Source of the DNA: Spirochaetota bacterium
GTDB lineage: Bacteria > Spirochaetota > UBA12135 > COTS27 > CAXSBA01
Length of the DNA: 64,000 nucleotides
NCBI GenBank assembly: GCA_965277105.1
Contig: OZ255710.1
Coordinates: 24,730 to 88,729 of the forward strand
Direction of reading: 5' to 3'
This document shows, piece after piece, positions 28,667 to 37,718 of this stretch. The notes under the pieces are model-generated. The model did not search any database, was not told the DNA's origin, and saw nothing but the letters and a program-made list of their open reading frames with translations. Each line of letters opens with the position of its first letter. Position 1 is the stretch's first letter. A program made the translations under genes and the position numbers.

Positions 28667-29647
28667 TTGTACCAAGCAGCTATTTTAGGACTAGGAAGGA
28701 TAGCATCTTCATTAGAAGATGACCCTTTACGAGAGAAGCCCTGTACCCACGCAGGGGTAATTAAACGGCATCCCCAAACTCGCTTAGTAGCTGGGGTTGA
28801 TCTCATGGAAGAAAAAAGAAGTACATTTTCTCTTAGATGGAAATGCTCAAACACTTACCCTTCTTTGTCGAGTATGATGAAAAATCAAAAAATTGATATC
28901 TTGCATATTGCTACGCCTAGTTACTTGCACTTAAAGCATTTAAGCGAAGCTTTAGATTATAAAATTCCTCTAATTATCCTAGAAAAGCCCATTACGGATA
29001 CCATGAACAACTATTCTAAATGCCAACTTTTAGCTAAGCGGATAAAAAAATCAACATCAAGGGTAGTAGTCAATCATGAAAGAAGATTTGCTGAAGATTA
29101 TCGCTACTTAAAAGAAAATCTAGAAAAGGCTACTTGGGGTAAGTTAGATAGCGTTTCTGCCTATTTTTATACAAATACTAAAACTCCACCTAATAAAATT
29201 TTATTTCATGATGGCACTCATTTAATTGATATTTTATTTTTTTTGTTAGGAGATAATTTAAGTTTAGTTAGCCCATTAAAAACCCATTCTGCTTATTTAA
29301 AGCAGTTTTCTTTTACTTTGAATAAAACTCCCGCATTTTTAGAACTTAGTAGCGATAAAAAACATTTTCATTTTGAATTGATCTTTAATTTTTCTCAGGC
29401 TAGGGTAAGTATTGGTAACGGCATTTTTAAAATAGAAGAAGCTCGACCTAGTGAGCTGTATCAAGGTATAAAATCGTTAAAAATAGTGAAAGAAAAGCCT
29501 TTTAAGAAAACTCGCTATTTTATAAATATGCACAAACACGCTGTTGGTCTTTTGGAGAAGCCGCAAAATAAGAATTTTTCTAGCTTTGAAGATGGCTTAG
29601 CTATTTTAAAGTTTTTTAAAAAAATTAGTATAAAAAATAGCAGGTAG
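28667..29647 (+). CDS. Gfo/Idh/MocA-family NAD(P)-dependent oxidoreductase
   Basis: 326 aa, TTG start. N-terminal Rossmann AILGLGRIA, and the EKP motif (LILEKPIT). Confidence 0.75.
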   Translation: MYQAAILGLGRIASSLEDDPLREKPCTHAGVIKRHPQTRLVAGVDLMEEKRSTFSLRWKCSNTYPSLSSMMKNQKIDILHIATPSYLHLKHLSEALDYKIPLIILEKPITDTMNNYSKCQLLAKRIKKSTSRVVVNHERRFAEDYRYLKENLEKATWGKLDSVSAYFYTNTKTPPNKILFHDGTHLIDILFFLLGDNLSLVSPLKTHSAYLKQFSFTLNKTPAFLELSSDKKHFHFELIFNFSQARVSIGNGIFKIEEARPSELYQGIKSLKIVKEKPFKKTRYFINMHKHAVGLLEKPQNKNFSSFEDGLAILKFFKKISIKNSR

Positions 29648-29681
29648 ATATGAGTTAGTTAGGTTATACTATATTAGTTAA

Positions 29682-29702
29682 AACTTATTAAGTTAATAAG
29701 TT
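29682..29702. promoter_or_regulatory. Perfect 10-1-10 palindrome upstream of the mrp-like gene
   Basis: AACTTATTAA-G-TTAATAAGTT, about 60 nt upstream of ATG 29762 and 35 nt downstream of the Gfo-family stop. Candidate operator or weak terminator. Confidence 0.35.
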
Positions 29703-29761
29703 AACTTTTCTAAAAAAATAATATAAATCCCTGTTAAAATTATTGATAAATTATCTCAACT

Positions 29762-31060
29762 ATGTTAAATAAAGCAACTATTCTCGAAAAACTCGAAGCT
29801 ATTATTGATCCTGATTTTAATAAAAACATTGTGGAATTAGGTTTTGTCAAAGATTTGTCTATTGATAAAGGAATAGTACAAGTTACCATTGAGCTTACTA
29901 CTCCGGCTTGCCCGATTAAAGAAGAGTTTAAAAAGCAAGCAGAAGATGCTATTGGGACTTTACCCTCAGTAAAAAAAGTGGAAGTAACTATGACGGCTAA
30001 AAAAGCTAATTCAGCCACTTCCACTCGGCAAAACAATAATCCTCATTTAAAGAAAATAGCTAATATTGTTGGAATTGCTTCTTGTAAGGGGGGGGTAGGA
30101 AAATCCACTATTGCGGCCCTTTTGGCTAGTGAATTAAGTGCTAGAAATTTTAAGGTGGGGCTTTTCGATACTGATATATTTGGTCCCTCTCTTCCAGCTT
30201 TGTTTAATCTTTTTAATGGGCAGGTTTATATGAAAGATAATTTTATTCAGCCTATTACTATAAATGACAACTTGAAGGTCATGTCTTTTGGTTTTCTTTT
30301 GAAGGAAAATCCTGCTATCATGCGAGGGGCGATGGTTTCTAACTATATTGTAGAAATGGTGAATAAGGTAGAGTGGGGTGAGTTGGATTATCTTTTTATT
30401 GATATGCCTCCTGGCACTGGTGATGTGCAGCTTACTTTATCGCAGAATATGCCGATTTCTGGAGTGGTGATGGTAACTACTGCCCACTTGCTTTCATTAG
30501 TGGATGTTAAACGGGGGATGATTATGTTTGAAAAGGTTAATGTCCCTGTTTTAAGCGTGGTGCAGAATATGAGCTATTTTATTTGTCATAAATGTGGTGA
30601 GAAGAATTACCTTTTTGGGGAAACTTCGCTTAAAGAAAATTTAGGCGTAGAAGATTTTATAGAACTCCCTTTTTTAAAAAAAGACCAAACTACCTTTACT
30701 CCCTTTACGAGTAGTGAGCCTAGTAAAAGTCTCTGTGATAAAATTGTCAGAATTATCGGTAAAAAAAGCACTGGTTTAGAGCAACCCCCAGAGGTAACCC
30801 AAGACGAACAGTTTATCTACCTCCATTACCCCGAAAAAAAACTTAAAGTAAGTCATTTTGTTTTAAGAAGTAACTGTGGGTGCGCTCTTTGCAAAGACGA
30901 AATGACTGGCGAGGTAAAAATCGACCCTAAAAGTATCCCTAAAGACATAAAGCCAGTAGAAATTACCCCCTTGGGAAACTATGCTTTATCGATTAACTGG
31001 AGCGACGGGCATACTTCGGGGATTTATCCTTATAAGTTAATTCAAAAGTTACAAGATTAA
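29762..31060 (+). CDS. Mrp/ApbC/NBP35-type Fe-S cluster carrier ATPase with N-terminal DUF59-like and C-terminal DUF971-like domains (HCF101-like architecture)
   Basis: 432 aa. N-terminus DPDFNKNIVELGFV; deviant Walker A CKGGVGKST; C-terminus LRSNCGCALC..NYALSINWSDGHTSGIY. Confidence 0.85.
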   Translation: MLNKATILEKLEAIIDPDFNKNIVELGFVKDLSIDKGIVQVTIELTTPACPIKEEFKKQAEDAIGTLPSVKKVEVTMTAKKANSATSTRQNNNPHLKKIANIVGIASCKGGVGKSTIAALLASELSARNFKVGLFDTDIFGPSLPALFNLFNGQVYMKDNFIQPITINDNLKVMSFGFLLKENPAIMRGAMVSNYIVEMVNKVEWGELDYLFIDMPPGTGDVQLTLSQNMPISGVVMVTTAHLLSLVDVKRGMIMFEKVNVPVLSVVQNMSYFICHKCGEKNYLFGETSLKENLGVEDFIELPFLKKDQTTFTPFTSSEPSKSLCDKIVRIIGKKSTGLEQPPEVTQDEQFIYLHYPEKKLKVSHFVLRSNCGCALCKDEMTGEVKIDPKSIPKDIKPVEITPLGNYALSINWSDGHTSGIYPYKLIQKLQD

Positions 31061-31069
31061 TTTAGGTAT

Positions 31070-31767
31070 AAGCAAATTCAACCCATAAATGCAATAGTTT
31101 TTACCAGTTAACTCGGTAAAAAATCCTATTGGTGTTTTTATCTTGTCAAGTAAGAGATAAGGGTAGGGAAAATTTTTGTCTTTTCCCTGAGAAATACTCG
31201 TTTATTTGTGTGCTTACTTTATGACAAATATCTAATTTATTGTTATAACTATAATATCCTTGCAATTTTTCCTGAACAGTAATAAGTTCCCTTTCTAGCA
31301 TTTTTCTATCGATAAACTCTAGTAAGCATAATGCATTATTAGTGTAGCAGGCAACCATTGTTCCAAGCTGTGTAGATATATAATGGAATATTATTTTGTG
31401 ATGATATTTTTCTGATTTTTTATCATTGATAAGAATAGTATTAACGCGTTTTATTCTAATATATCTGCCCAGTGAACAATTGATGGTATCAATAAATGCT
31501 TTTTTAATATTCTCTAGTTCTTGCACGCTCTTTATAGGGTGGTTTTTATATGATTTATCTGGGATATTTTTCTCTAGCCACTGGACATACTTTCGTATAG
31601 TTTAATTATGATTTTGAAATCTTGAAGATAATGGCTTACAAATCTTACATTCTCTAAACCCTTGTTCTAATAACTCTATTAAATTAGCAGAAAAAACAAC
31701 ATTTTCTATATAGGGTTTTTTACATGGGCAATCAATTTGTTAAATTTGGCAATGACATAACATTAAG
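31070..31767 (-). pseudogene. Fragmented ada-like gene (Ada Zn-binding domain / AraC HTH / MGMT N-terminal domain), C-terminal methyltransferase domain missing
   Basis: My minus-strand translation gives ..IDCPCKKPYIENVVFSANLIELLEQGFRECKICKP.. (31602-31767, stop upstream and downstream). ORF 31146-31526 then carries an AraC-HTH tail (KKAFIDTINCSLGRYIRIKR) and MGMT N-domain (LCLLEF..INEYFSGKRQKFSLPL). No PCHRV active-site region follows. Boundaries are approximate. Confidence 0.6.
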
Positions 31768-31772
31768 CGGGA

Positions 31773-32613
31773 TATTGATATGCTCTAATATCTTTTATTG
31801 TATGACTATCTGACAATAAAAAATAAAACAGCGTATACGTATGTAATAAATACTTGTAATAGTTGTATTTGGCTAATTTGTGCAATACCATCTAGCTAAA
31901 GCACGGTTCCAACTAAAAAAACCAAATAATGAATTTATAAGGGCAAAAAATAACAACAAACTCCACCCATTATATGTTAAAGTTATATTAGTAGGATCGT
32001 ATATAAAAAAAGAAATTATAATTAGTGTGGGTAGGTTTAGTACTAATACCCAACGTATTACTTTCCAGCCAGATATTTCTGTTGATAGTGCTTCTCCTTC
32101 AGTATGCCTAGCCCTGCTAATATTGCTGCCCCTATAAGAGCAATATCTCCAATATGAAATTGTAATTCTCCATTAACATAACTAATATAACTAAACTAAA
32201 AACAATAAAAAATCCCATTAAGGCAAATATCCAAAAGGTTGTTGATTGTTTTTGTTTGGTTATAATTCTAGCAAATAATGAGGTAAATATGGGCAAAGAA
32301 GCCAATACCACCCCACCATGGCTAATAGGTACGTATTCCATGCCAACAGCTGTAAGTATGGGAAATTCATAAATAATACCAATTGATGTTATGAATAAGC
32401 TTTTAATCTGACTTATATTTGGTAAATCTAATCTTGTCTTGCAAATTAATATTATAGGTAATGCAAATAATGCTGCAATTAAAGAGCGATAAATACCAAT
32501 TTGCACTCCAAATAAATCTCCTACTAAATTTTTTGCCAATGGCAAGGTTGCTGCAAAAGCAGCTACTGATATGAAAGCAAGAAAATACGCTTCAGGTAAA
32601 TATTTTTTTTCAT
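31773..32613 (-). pseudogene. EamA/DMT-family permease disrupted by several frameshifts
   Basis: ATG at 32613 is followed by an A8 run (32603-32610). One extra A would give MKKKYLPEAYFLAFISVAAFAATLPLAKNLVG.. in frame with ORF 32132-32545. Downstream EamA-like segments (GELQFHIGDIALIGAAILAG.., SGWKVIRWVLVLNLP.., GIAQISQIQLLQVFITYVYAVLFF..) lie in different frames separated by stops. Confidence 0.7.
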
Positions 32614-32763
32614 CATATCTGGTTATTGCTTGTATTAGCTTTTTCTAATGGAGATAAACTTAATAAAAACACTAGTGTTTTTCGATGCCCACCTTTAACT
32701 TGCTTGACTCCATGAGATGTTTCGCATTTATTAATTAACATATCACTATATTTATAAGTTGGT

Positions 32764-33624
32764 TCATTCCTTTCTTTCTTTGTTTACTAGGTACACGCTT
32801 GTTAAAATCACTAATGACCCTACAATTGCATATATATCAAAAATTTCATCGTAAAGTAAATAATTAGTTATTGCTGCAGATACTGGTACTAAATAAAACA
32901 CACTTGCTACTTTATTAATTTCCTGCCTACTAATCATCATATAGAGTAGGCTCAGTGCTCCAAGTGATACTCCAATGGACATATATAATAATGCAGCAAT
33001 AAACTCACCATGCCATACAATATCAAAATCATCAAATAGTAATAGTAGTAATAGACAAGCAAATGCCGAAGAAGTTGATTGAATACTACCTCCGGTAATC
33101 ACATGCATATCCGCACAGAATTTCTTTTGATATAAATTTCCCAAGGCTAAGCCAAGTAATCCCATAGCGGACATGGTTATTGATAATATTCCAGCAGATT
33201 TTAAATCTACCCCTTGAAAGACTATAAAAAACACACCAACAAATCCTAAAAATAGACCTATCCAGCCGTAAATATTGATTTTTTCTTGTGTTAGTTGTAC
33301 CGCAAGTACGCCAACTAAAATAGGTTGTAAGGCAATAATCATTGCCGATAATGATGGCGAAAGACCTAAATCTATAGAGATAAAGACGCCTATTGAAAAA
33401 GTGGCTACTGTTAGTAGTCCTGCTATTGCAATATGTATAGCCTCTTTTATTTTAGGAATAGGTAATTGAAATATTGCTACTACTAAAGCAAAAAGTGCAC
33501 CAGCAATAAAAAATCTTAATGTCAAAAAACTTAATGGAGACGCATACGGTAGTCCGTATTTGGTAGCAACAAACCCACTACCATAAAGTATAACAAAGAG
33601 TATTGGTAAGATTAATTTGCTCAT
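32764..33624 (-). CDS. EamA/DMT-family permease
   Basis: 286 aa, about 10 TM helices, two EamA half-repeats. Confidence 0.8.
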   Translation of the reverse strand: MSKLILPILFVILYGSGFVATKYGLPYASPLSFLTLRFFIAGALFALVVAIFQLPIPKIKEAIHIAIAGLLTVATFSIGVFISIDLGLSPSLSAMIIALQPILVGVLAVQLTQEKINIYGWIGLFLGFVGVFFIVFQGVDLKSAGILSITMSAMGLLGLALGNLYQKKFCADMHVITGGSIQSTSSAFACLLLLLLFDDFDIVWHGEFIAALLYMSIGVSLGALSLLYMMISRQEINKVASVFYLVPVSAAITNYLLYDEIFDIYAIVGSLVILTSVYLVNKERKE

Positions 33625-33671
33625 AATATCAAAAATAATTTATGTATTTTATTTATCAACAAACGCACCTA

Positions 33672-34550
33672 CTAAATCCATTTTTTACTTATTTTTATAA
33701 TTCCAGTATTAAATATCAATCCTATAAAAATAATTAAAGACCCTATAAGCTCAATAATGCTGAGTGTTTCTCCATATATTAACCACCCAAAGAATAAACC
33801 TGATATAGGTACTAGTAGTGAGTATGGAGCAACAACTGAAAGACCGTGTTTATTAATAGCATATGTCCATATGCTATATCCTAATAAAGTAGTAATAAAT
33901 GCCTGAAATAATATAGAAGTATAGCCTTGTATACCAATATTGGTAAATAATGATGCAAAGTTATCTCTGTAATCAATATAGGCAAGTATAAGTATTGGAA
34001 TAGGAACAAACAAACTCGACCAAGCAGTAAAACCAATCACATTGTCTGGTTTGTGTTTTTTAATAATCATATTACACACTGTCCAGGATAATGCTGCACA
34101 TAACACAAGTAATATGCCGTACAGTGATGTTTCTACATCTGCATCATAATTGTAATAAATAATGAGCAGAAATCCTATCAGCGCTAATATGACGCCTATA
34201 ATTTTATAATTAGATATTTTTTCTTTAAATAACAAAACCCCGGCAATAACAGACATAAATGCACTCGCTTGTAATATCAATGATGAGAGTCCAGAAGGGG
34301 TTCCTAAAGAGATAGCATAATTTACTACACCCCATAGACCCGCACCAAAAATAATGCCATAGAGTGCCAAAATACTTAAATTTACATTTGGTTTTTTAAC
34401 AAAAAATATTACAGGCAGAGCAGTTAAAAGAAAACGTAGGGCAGTCATAATATAAGGATCAACATCTTCAACTCCCCATTTAATAACTACAAAATTAAAT
34501 CCCCAAATAACAACAACAAAGATCACTAAGACGCTATCTATTATTTTCAT
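33672..34550 (-). CDS. EamA/DMT-family permease
   Basis: 292 aa, about 10 TM helices, two EamA half-repeats (FNFVVIKWG.., TALRFLL..). Confidence 0.8.
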   Translation of the reverse strand: MKIIDSVLVIFVVVIWGFNFVVIKWGVEDVDPYIMTALRFLLTALPVIFFVKKPNVNLSILALYGIIFGAGLWGVVNYAISLGTPSGLSSLILQASAFMSVIAGVLLFKEKISNYKIIGVILALIGFLLIIYYNYDADVETSLYGILLVLCAALSWTVCNMIIKKHKPDNVIGFTAWSSLFVPIPILILAYIDYRDNFASLFTNIGIQGYTSILFQAFITTLLGYSIWTYAINKHGLSVVAPYSLLVPISGLFFGWLIYGETLSIIELIGSLIIFIGLIFNTGIIKISKKWI

Positions 34551-34694
34551 TATATTTCCTTATAAAATTCGACAAATGTATTATGTCCTGCCCAGTGGAC
34601 TATAACCCTCTGCAATCAATAATGATAGATTCTTCCAATGGTATAAACCCATTGATATAGTATTTGACTAGAATAGATATGGATAAATTATTTC

Positions 34695-35594
34695 TTAACT
34701 TTTTTTAGTAATAGTAATTGGCTTCACACGTTTGTCCCAAATAAGAAGGGTAGGGCAAGCGACATAAATACTAGAATAAGTCCCACTGGCAATGCCAATC
34801 ATTAAAAGGAGAGCAAACTCGCGATAAACTCCTTCGGTAGCTACAAACAAAGAAGAAACTACGAAAAGCGTGGTTAGAGAAGTGATTAAAGTCCTAGAAA
34901 TAATTTGATTAATTGAGCTATTGAGAGTGGCTTTTAAATCAATTTTATCTTCTTTTGCTCGGCTAATAACTTCTCTAATCCGGACAAAAAGTACGATAGT
35001 ATCATTTACCGAATAACCAAAAATAGTTAAAACCGCTACGATAACTAAGGTGTTCACTTCTAAACCGTAAAGAGAAATGAAAAAGAAAATAATAAAAATA
35101 TCGTGAATAACTGCCGACATGGCGGCCACCCCAAAGCTTAGTTTAAAACGCATGGTAAGGTAAAGGGTGATTAAAAGGATAACGACAAGAGATATCCAGA
35201 AAGCGTTGGATTGATTTTGTGAGCTCAAAACACCACCAATAATGCGAACTTGCTCCACACTGGCATCAGGAGTGTTATTTTCTAGTTGCTCGTTTAGGTA
35301 AGCTTCCGTTTTAAGGGCGTCGTTATCGATCAAAGGGAGTCTGATAATGTAGGTATTTTCTTTCGAGAGAATTTCTTCTACTTCTAGGCTAATACCACTA
35401 CTATTTTTTAACTTTTCTTCAATGATTTCTTTAGTGGTAGCGCTATTTGGGAAACTAATTTCGGCTTCTAAACCACCTTTAAAATCCGTTCCTAAATTTA
35501 ACCCCTTAGTGGAGGTTAAAACAAGGGTAATGGCTATAATGACTAAGGAAACAGTAAAGAAGACTTTGTAATATTTTAAAAAATTAATTTTCAT
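34695..35594 (-). CDS. secF: Protein translocase subunit SecF
   Basis: 299 aa. GLNLGTDFKGG; six-TM SecDF core (NDTIVLFVRIRE). Confidence 0.92.
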   Translation of the reverse strand: MKINFLKYYKVFFTVSLVIIAITLVLTSTKGLNLGTDFKGGLEAEISFPNSATTKEIIEEKLKNSSGISLEVEEILSKENTYIIRLPLIDNDALKTEAYLNEQLENNTPDASVEQVRIIGGVLSSQNQSNAFWISLVVILLITLYLTMRFKLSFGVAAMSAVIHDIFIIFFFISLYGLEVNTLVIVAVLTIFGYSVNDTIVLFVRIREVISRAKEDKIDLKATLNSSINQIISRTLITSLTTLFVVSSLFVATEGVYREFALLLMIGIASGTYSSIYVACPTLLIWDKRVKPITITKKS

Positions 35595-35596
35595 TC

Positions 35597-37105
35597 TTAA
35601 ATAACTAATTTAGACTTTTTGCCTTTTATGAGTTTGATGTCAATTAAAATATCAAATAAAAATCTAGTTAAAAATAGCGAGGTGAACATGCTAATGATAA
35701 TCCCAATAAATAAAGTAGTTGCAAAACCTTGAACAATGCCTTCGCCATAGTAAAAGAGAACAAAGGTGGAAATCATTGTGGTAACGTTTGAGTCGAAAAT
35801 AGTCCAAAAAGCCTTTTGGTAGCCTTTTCTAATGGCATCGCTTAAGTAGACTTCCTGAGTAATTTCTTCCCTTATCCTTTCGTAAATAATCACATTCGCA
35901 TCAATTGACATCCCAATGGTGAGAAGAATACCAGCAAGCCCCGATAATGAGAGGGTTAGATTAAAAGAAGTAAGAAAAGCAATGATGATAATAGCATTTA
36001 AAGTAAGAGCGAGAGCAGCAATAATCCCAGCTAAGCGGTAACGTACCAGCATAAACCCAATAACCATTAGCATTCCTAGTAAAAGGGCTGTTATCCCCCT
36101 TTCTCGGAGATCTTCGCCTATTTTAGCCCCGATAATGTTTTTCGAGATAATTTTTATAGGAACGGGAAGGCTCCCAGATTTTAAGATTAATGCTAGATCA
36201 TTGGCTTCTTCAGGGGTGTAATTCCCGCTGATTTGTCCTTCTCCACCAGCGATGGTTTCTCGAACTGCCGGAGCACTCATAACTCGCCCATCTAGAACAA
36301 TGGCTATTCGTCGATTAATATTAGTACTGGTAATGGCAGCAAACATTGGCGCTCCTTGCGCGTCTAAGCGAAAACTAACCAGAGGCTCGCCATATTGTCC
36401 ATAAGCAAAATTGGCCGTAGCTATGCGCTCGCCATTCATTAATACATTTTTTTCTAAGGCGTAAGGGATAGCTTTTTCATTTATTCCTAACTCGTTTTTT
36501 TGGTATTCAAAATAAATATGATAATCGTTACTATAAGAATCAGCATTTTGAATTTGGTCAGCTTCTCGGTTGTAGTTAAGGTTAGCAGTGGCATCGTCAT
36601 TAACTAGTAAAAATTCTAAATTTCCAGTTGTTGAAATAATGTCTTCTATGCGTTTAGAGCTAGTTTCCCCGGGTAGTTGGATAATTAATCTCTCTACGCC
36701 TTGCTTCCTAATGGATATTTCTGAGACCCCAGCCGAGTCAATCCGGTTTTGAATTTGTCGGATAATTCGTTCAAGCGATTCTTTTTTTTCTTCATCGGTA
36801 AAACTAGCAGCATCCCTATCGGTAAGCTCAGCTAATCGAGGAAAATCTGCTTCTAAAATGATGTTAATCCCCCCGCGTAAATCTAGGCCTAGTTTGATGG
36901 CACTCTCTCGGTACTCATCAGCGGTTTCTGCTCGGCTTAGTAAGTCAGCAGAGTAATCTTTCCCTTCTCTAAATCGCACATCCGTTTCCGATAAAGCTCT
37001 TTCTTCGGGGGAATAAAAAAAATAGTAAATAATGGTTGGATAGAGGAGATAAGCGGATAACCCTAAAATGGATAAAATAACAAAAGCTCGAAAAGATTTA
37101 GACAT
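35597..37105 (-). CDS. secD: Protein translocase subunit SecD
   Basis: 502 aa. LGLDLRGG, periplasmic P1 domain, C-terminal SecDF TM core (DANVIIYERIREE). Confidence 0.92.
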   Translation of the reverse strand: MSKSFRAFVILSILGLSAYLLYPTIIYYFFYSPEERALSETDVRFREGKDYSADLLSRAETADEYRESAIKLGLDLRGGINIILEADFPRLAELTDRDAASFTDEEKKESLERIIRQIQNRIDSAGVSEISIRKQGVERLIIQLPGETSSKRIEDIISTTGNLEFLLVNDDATANLNYNREADQIQNADSYSNDYHIYFEYQKNELGINEKAIPYALEKNVLMNGERIATANFAYGQYGEPLVSFRLDAQGAPMFAAITSTNINRRIAIVLDGRVMSAPAVRETIAGGEGQISGNYTPEEANDLALILKSGSLPVPIKIISKNIIGAKIGEDLRERGITALLLGMLMVIGFMLVRYRLAGIIAALALTLNAIIIIAFLTSFNLTLSLSGLAGILLTIGMSIDANVIIYERIREEITQEVYLSDAIRKGYQKAFWTIFDSNVTTMISTFVLFYYGEGIVQGFATTLFIGIIISMFTSLFLTRFLFDILIDIKLIKGKKSKLVI

Positions 37106-37124
37106 TAGTAAAGTTAATTAAAAA

Positions 37125-37535
37125 TTATTTTTTAGTATTAGCAGTTTTATCCTTGGCTGCTCCTTTCCCTGTGCTATTATTGGCCCGCTTATTAAATTCT
37201 TCCTCGCTGATGACCACGTCTAAAATTGTTGCTTTAATCACTTCTACATTCACTCCCTTAGCAATTTCTACTAAAGCCACTTCGTCTTGCTGCCCTTTGA
37301 ATCCGACCACGCTCCCATAAATTCCTCCGTTTAGGACGATTTTATCGCCTTTTTTCATTAAGTTTTTTTTTTCATTAAGTTTTTTTTGCTTTTTTGATTG
37401 AGGTCTTATGAGTAAAAAGTAGAAAATAAGAAAAATAAAAATAAGCGGTAAAAAAGAAGGAAGAATCCCTTGCCCTCCATCGCTTTGGGCTAATAAAATC
37501 GGAAGATTAATAATGTCAAAATTAGATGTTGTCAT
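37125..37535 (-). CDS. yajC: Preprotein translocase subunit YajC (extended C-terminus)
   Basis: 136 aa. FYFLLIRPQSKKQKK and KGDKIVLNGGIYGSV motifs. Confidence 0.85.
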   Translation of the reverse strand: MTTSNFDIINLPILLAQSDGGQGILPSFLPLIFIFLIFYFLLIRPQSKKQKKLNEKKNLMKKGDKIVLNGGIYGSVVGFKGQQDEVALVEIAKGVNVEVIKATILDVVISEEEFNKRANNSTGKGAAKDKTANTKK

Positions 37536-37652
37536 GCTGTTCCTCTTATAAAAATATAGTAAGCTTAATTATAATATGAAATAATTTTTATTTTTTTAAA
37601 ATCAAAAACTTAAGTTAGGTAATTTTAAATTTACTTAAATATTTACAGGCTA

Positions 37653-37689
37653 TTATGATAATGAAGATGATTAAAAATCATAATATAAT
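37653..37689. promoter_or_regulatory. Candidate Fur-family-type operator overlapping the promoter of the superoxide dismutase gene
   Basis: TTATGATAATGAAGATGATTAAAAATCATAATATAAT. Contains ATGATTA-A-AAATCAT (37667-37681, 6 of 7 arm pairs), repeated ATGAT(A/T) hexamers, and TATAAT at 37684-37689. Confidence 0.3.
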
Positions 37690-37718
37690 TTATTTAAAAT
37701 AAATTTGTAGGAGGATTT

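Noticed and set aside
30088-30095. G8 run inside the mrp-like gene as a possible phase-variation tract.
   Set aside because: It encodes the invariant K-G-G-V of the Walker A loop of a housekeeping Fe-S carrier. It is best explained by GGG glycine codon usage, and it serves as a caution for the other G/C runs.
31880-32137. 85-aa plus-strand ORF in the island.
   Set aside because: It is the antisense shadow of the frameshifted EamA pseudogene. The minus strand here translates to recognisable EamA segments (SGWKVIRWVLVLNLP.., WSLLLFFALINSLFGFFSWNRALA..).
31061-34694. Looked for mobile-element hallmarks around the EamA/ada block: integrase, transposase, flanking direct or inverted repeats, tRNA target.
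   Set aside because: None found. Only a short partial similarity was seen (GCCACTGGACAT at 31578-31589 vs ATGTCC..CAGTGGAC near 34583-34600), and it is too weak to call. The block is therefore reported as a compositional or decayed island, not as a mobile element.
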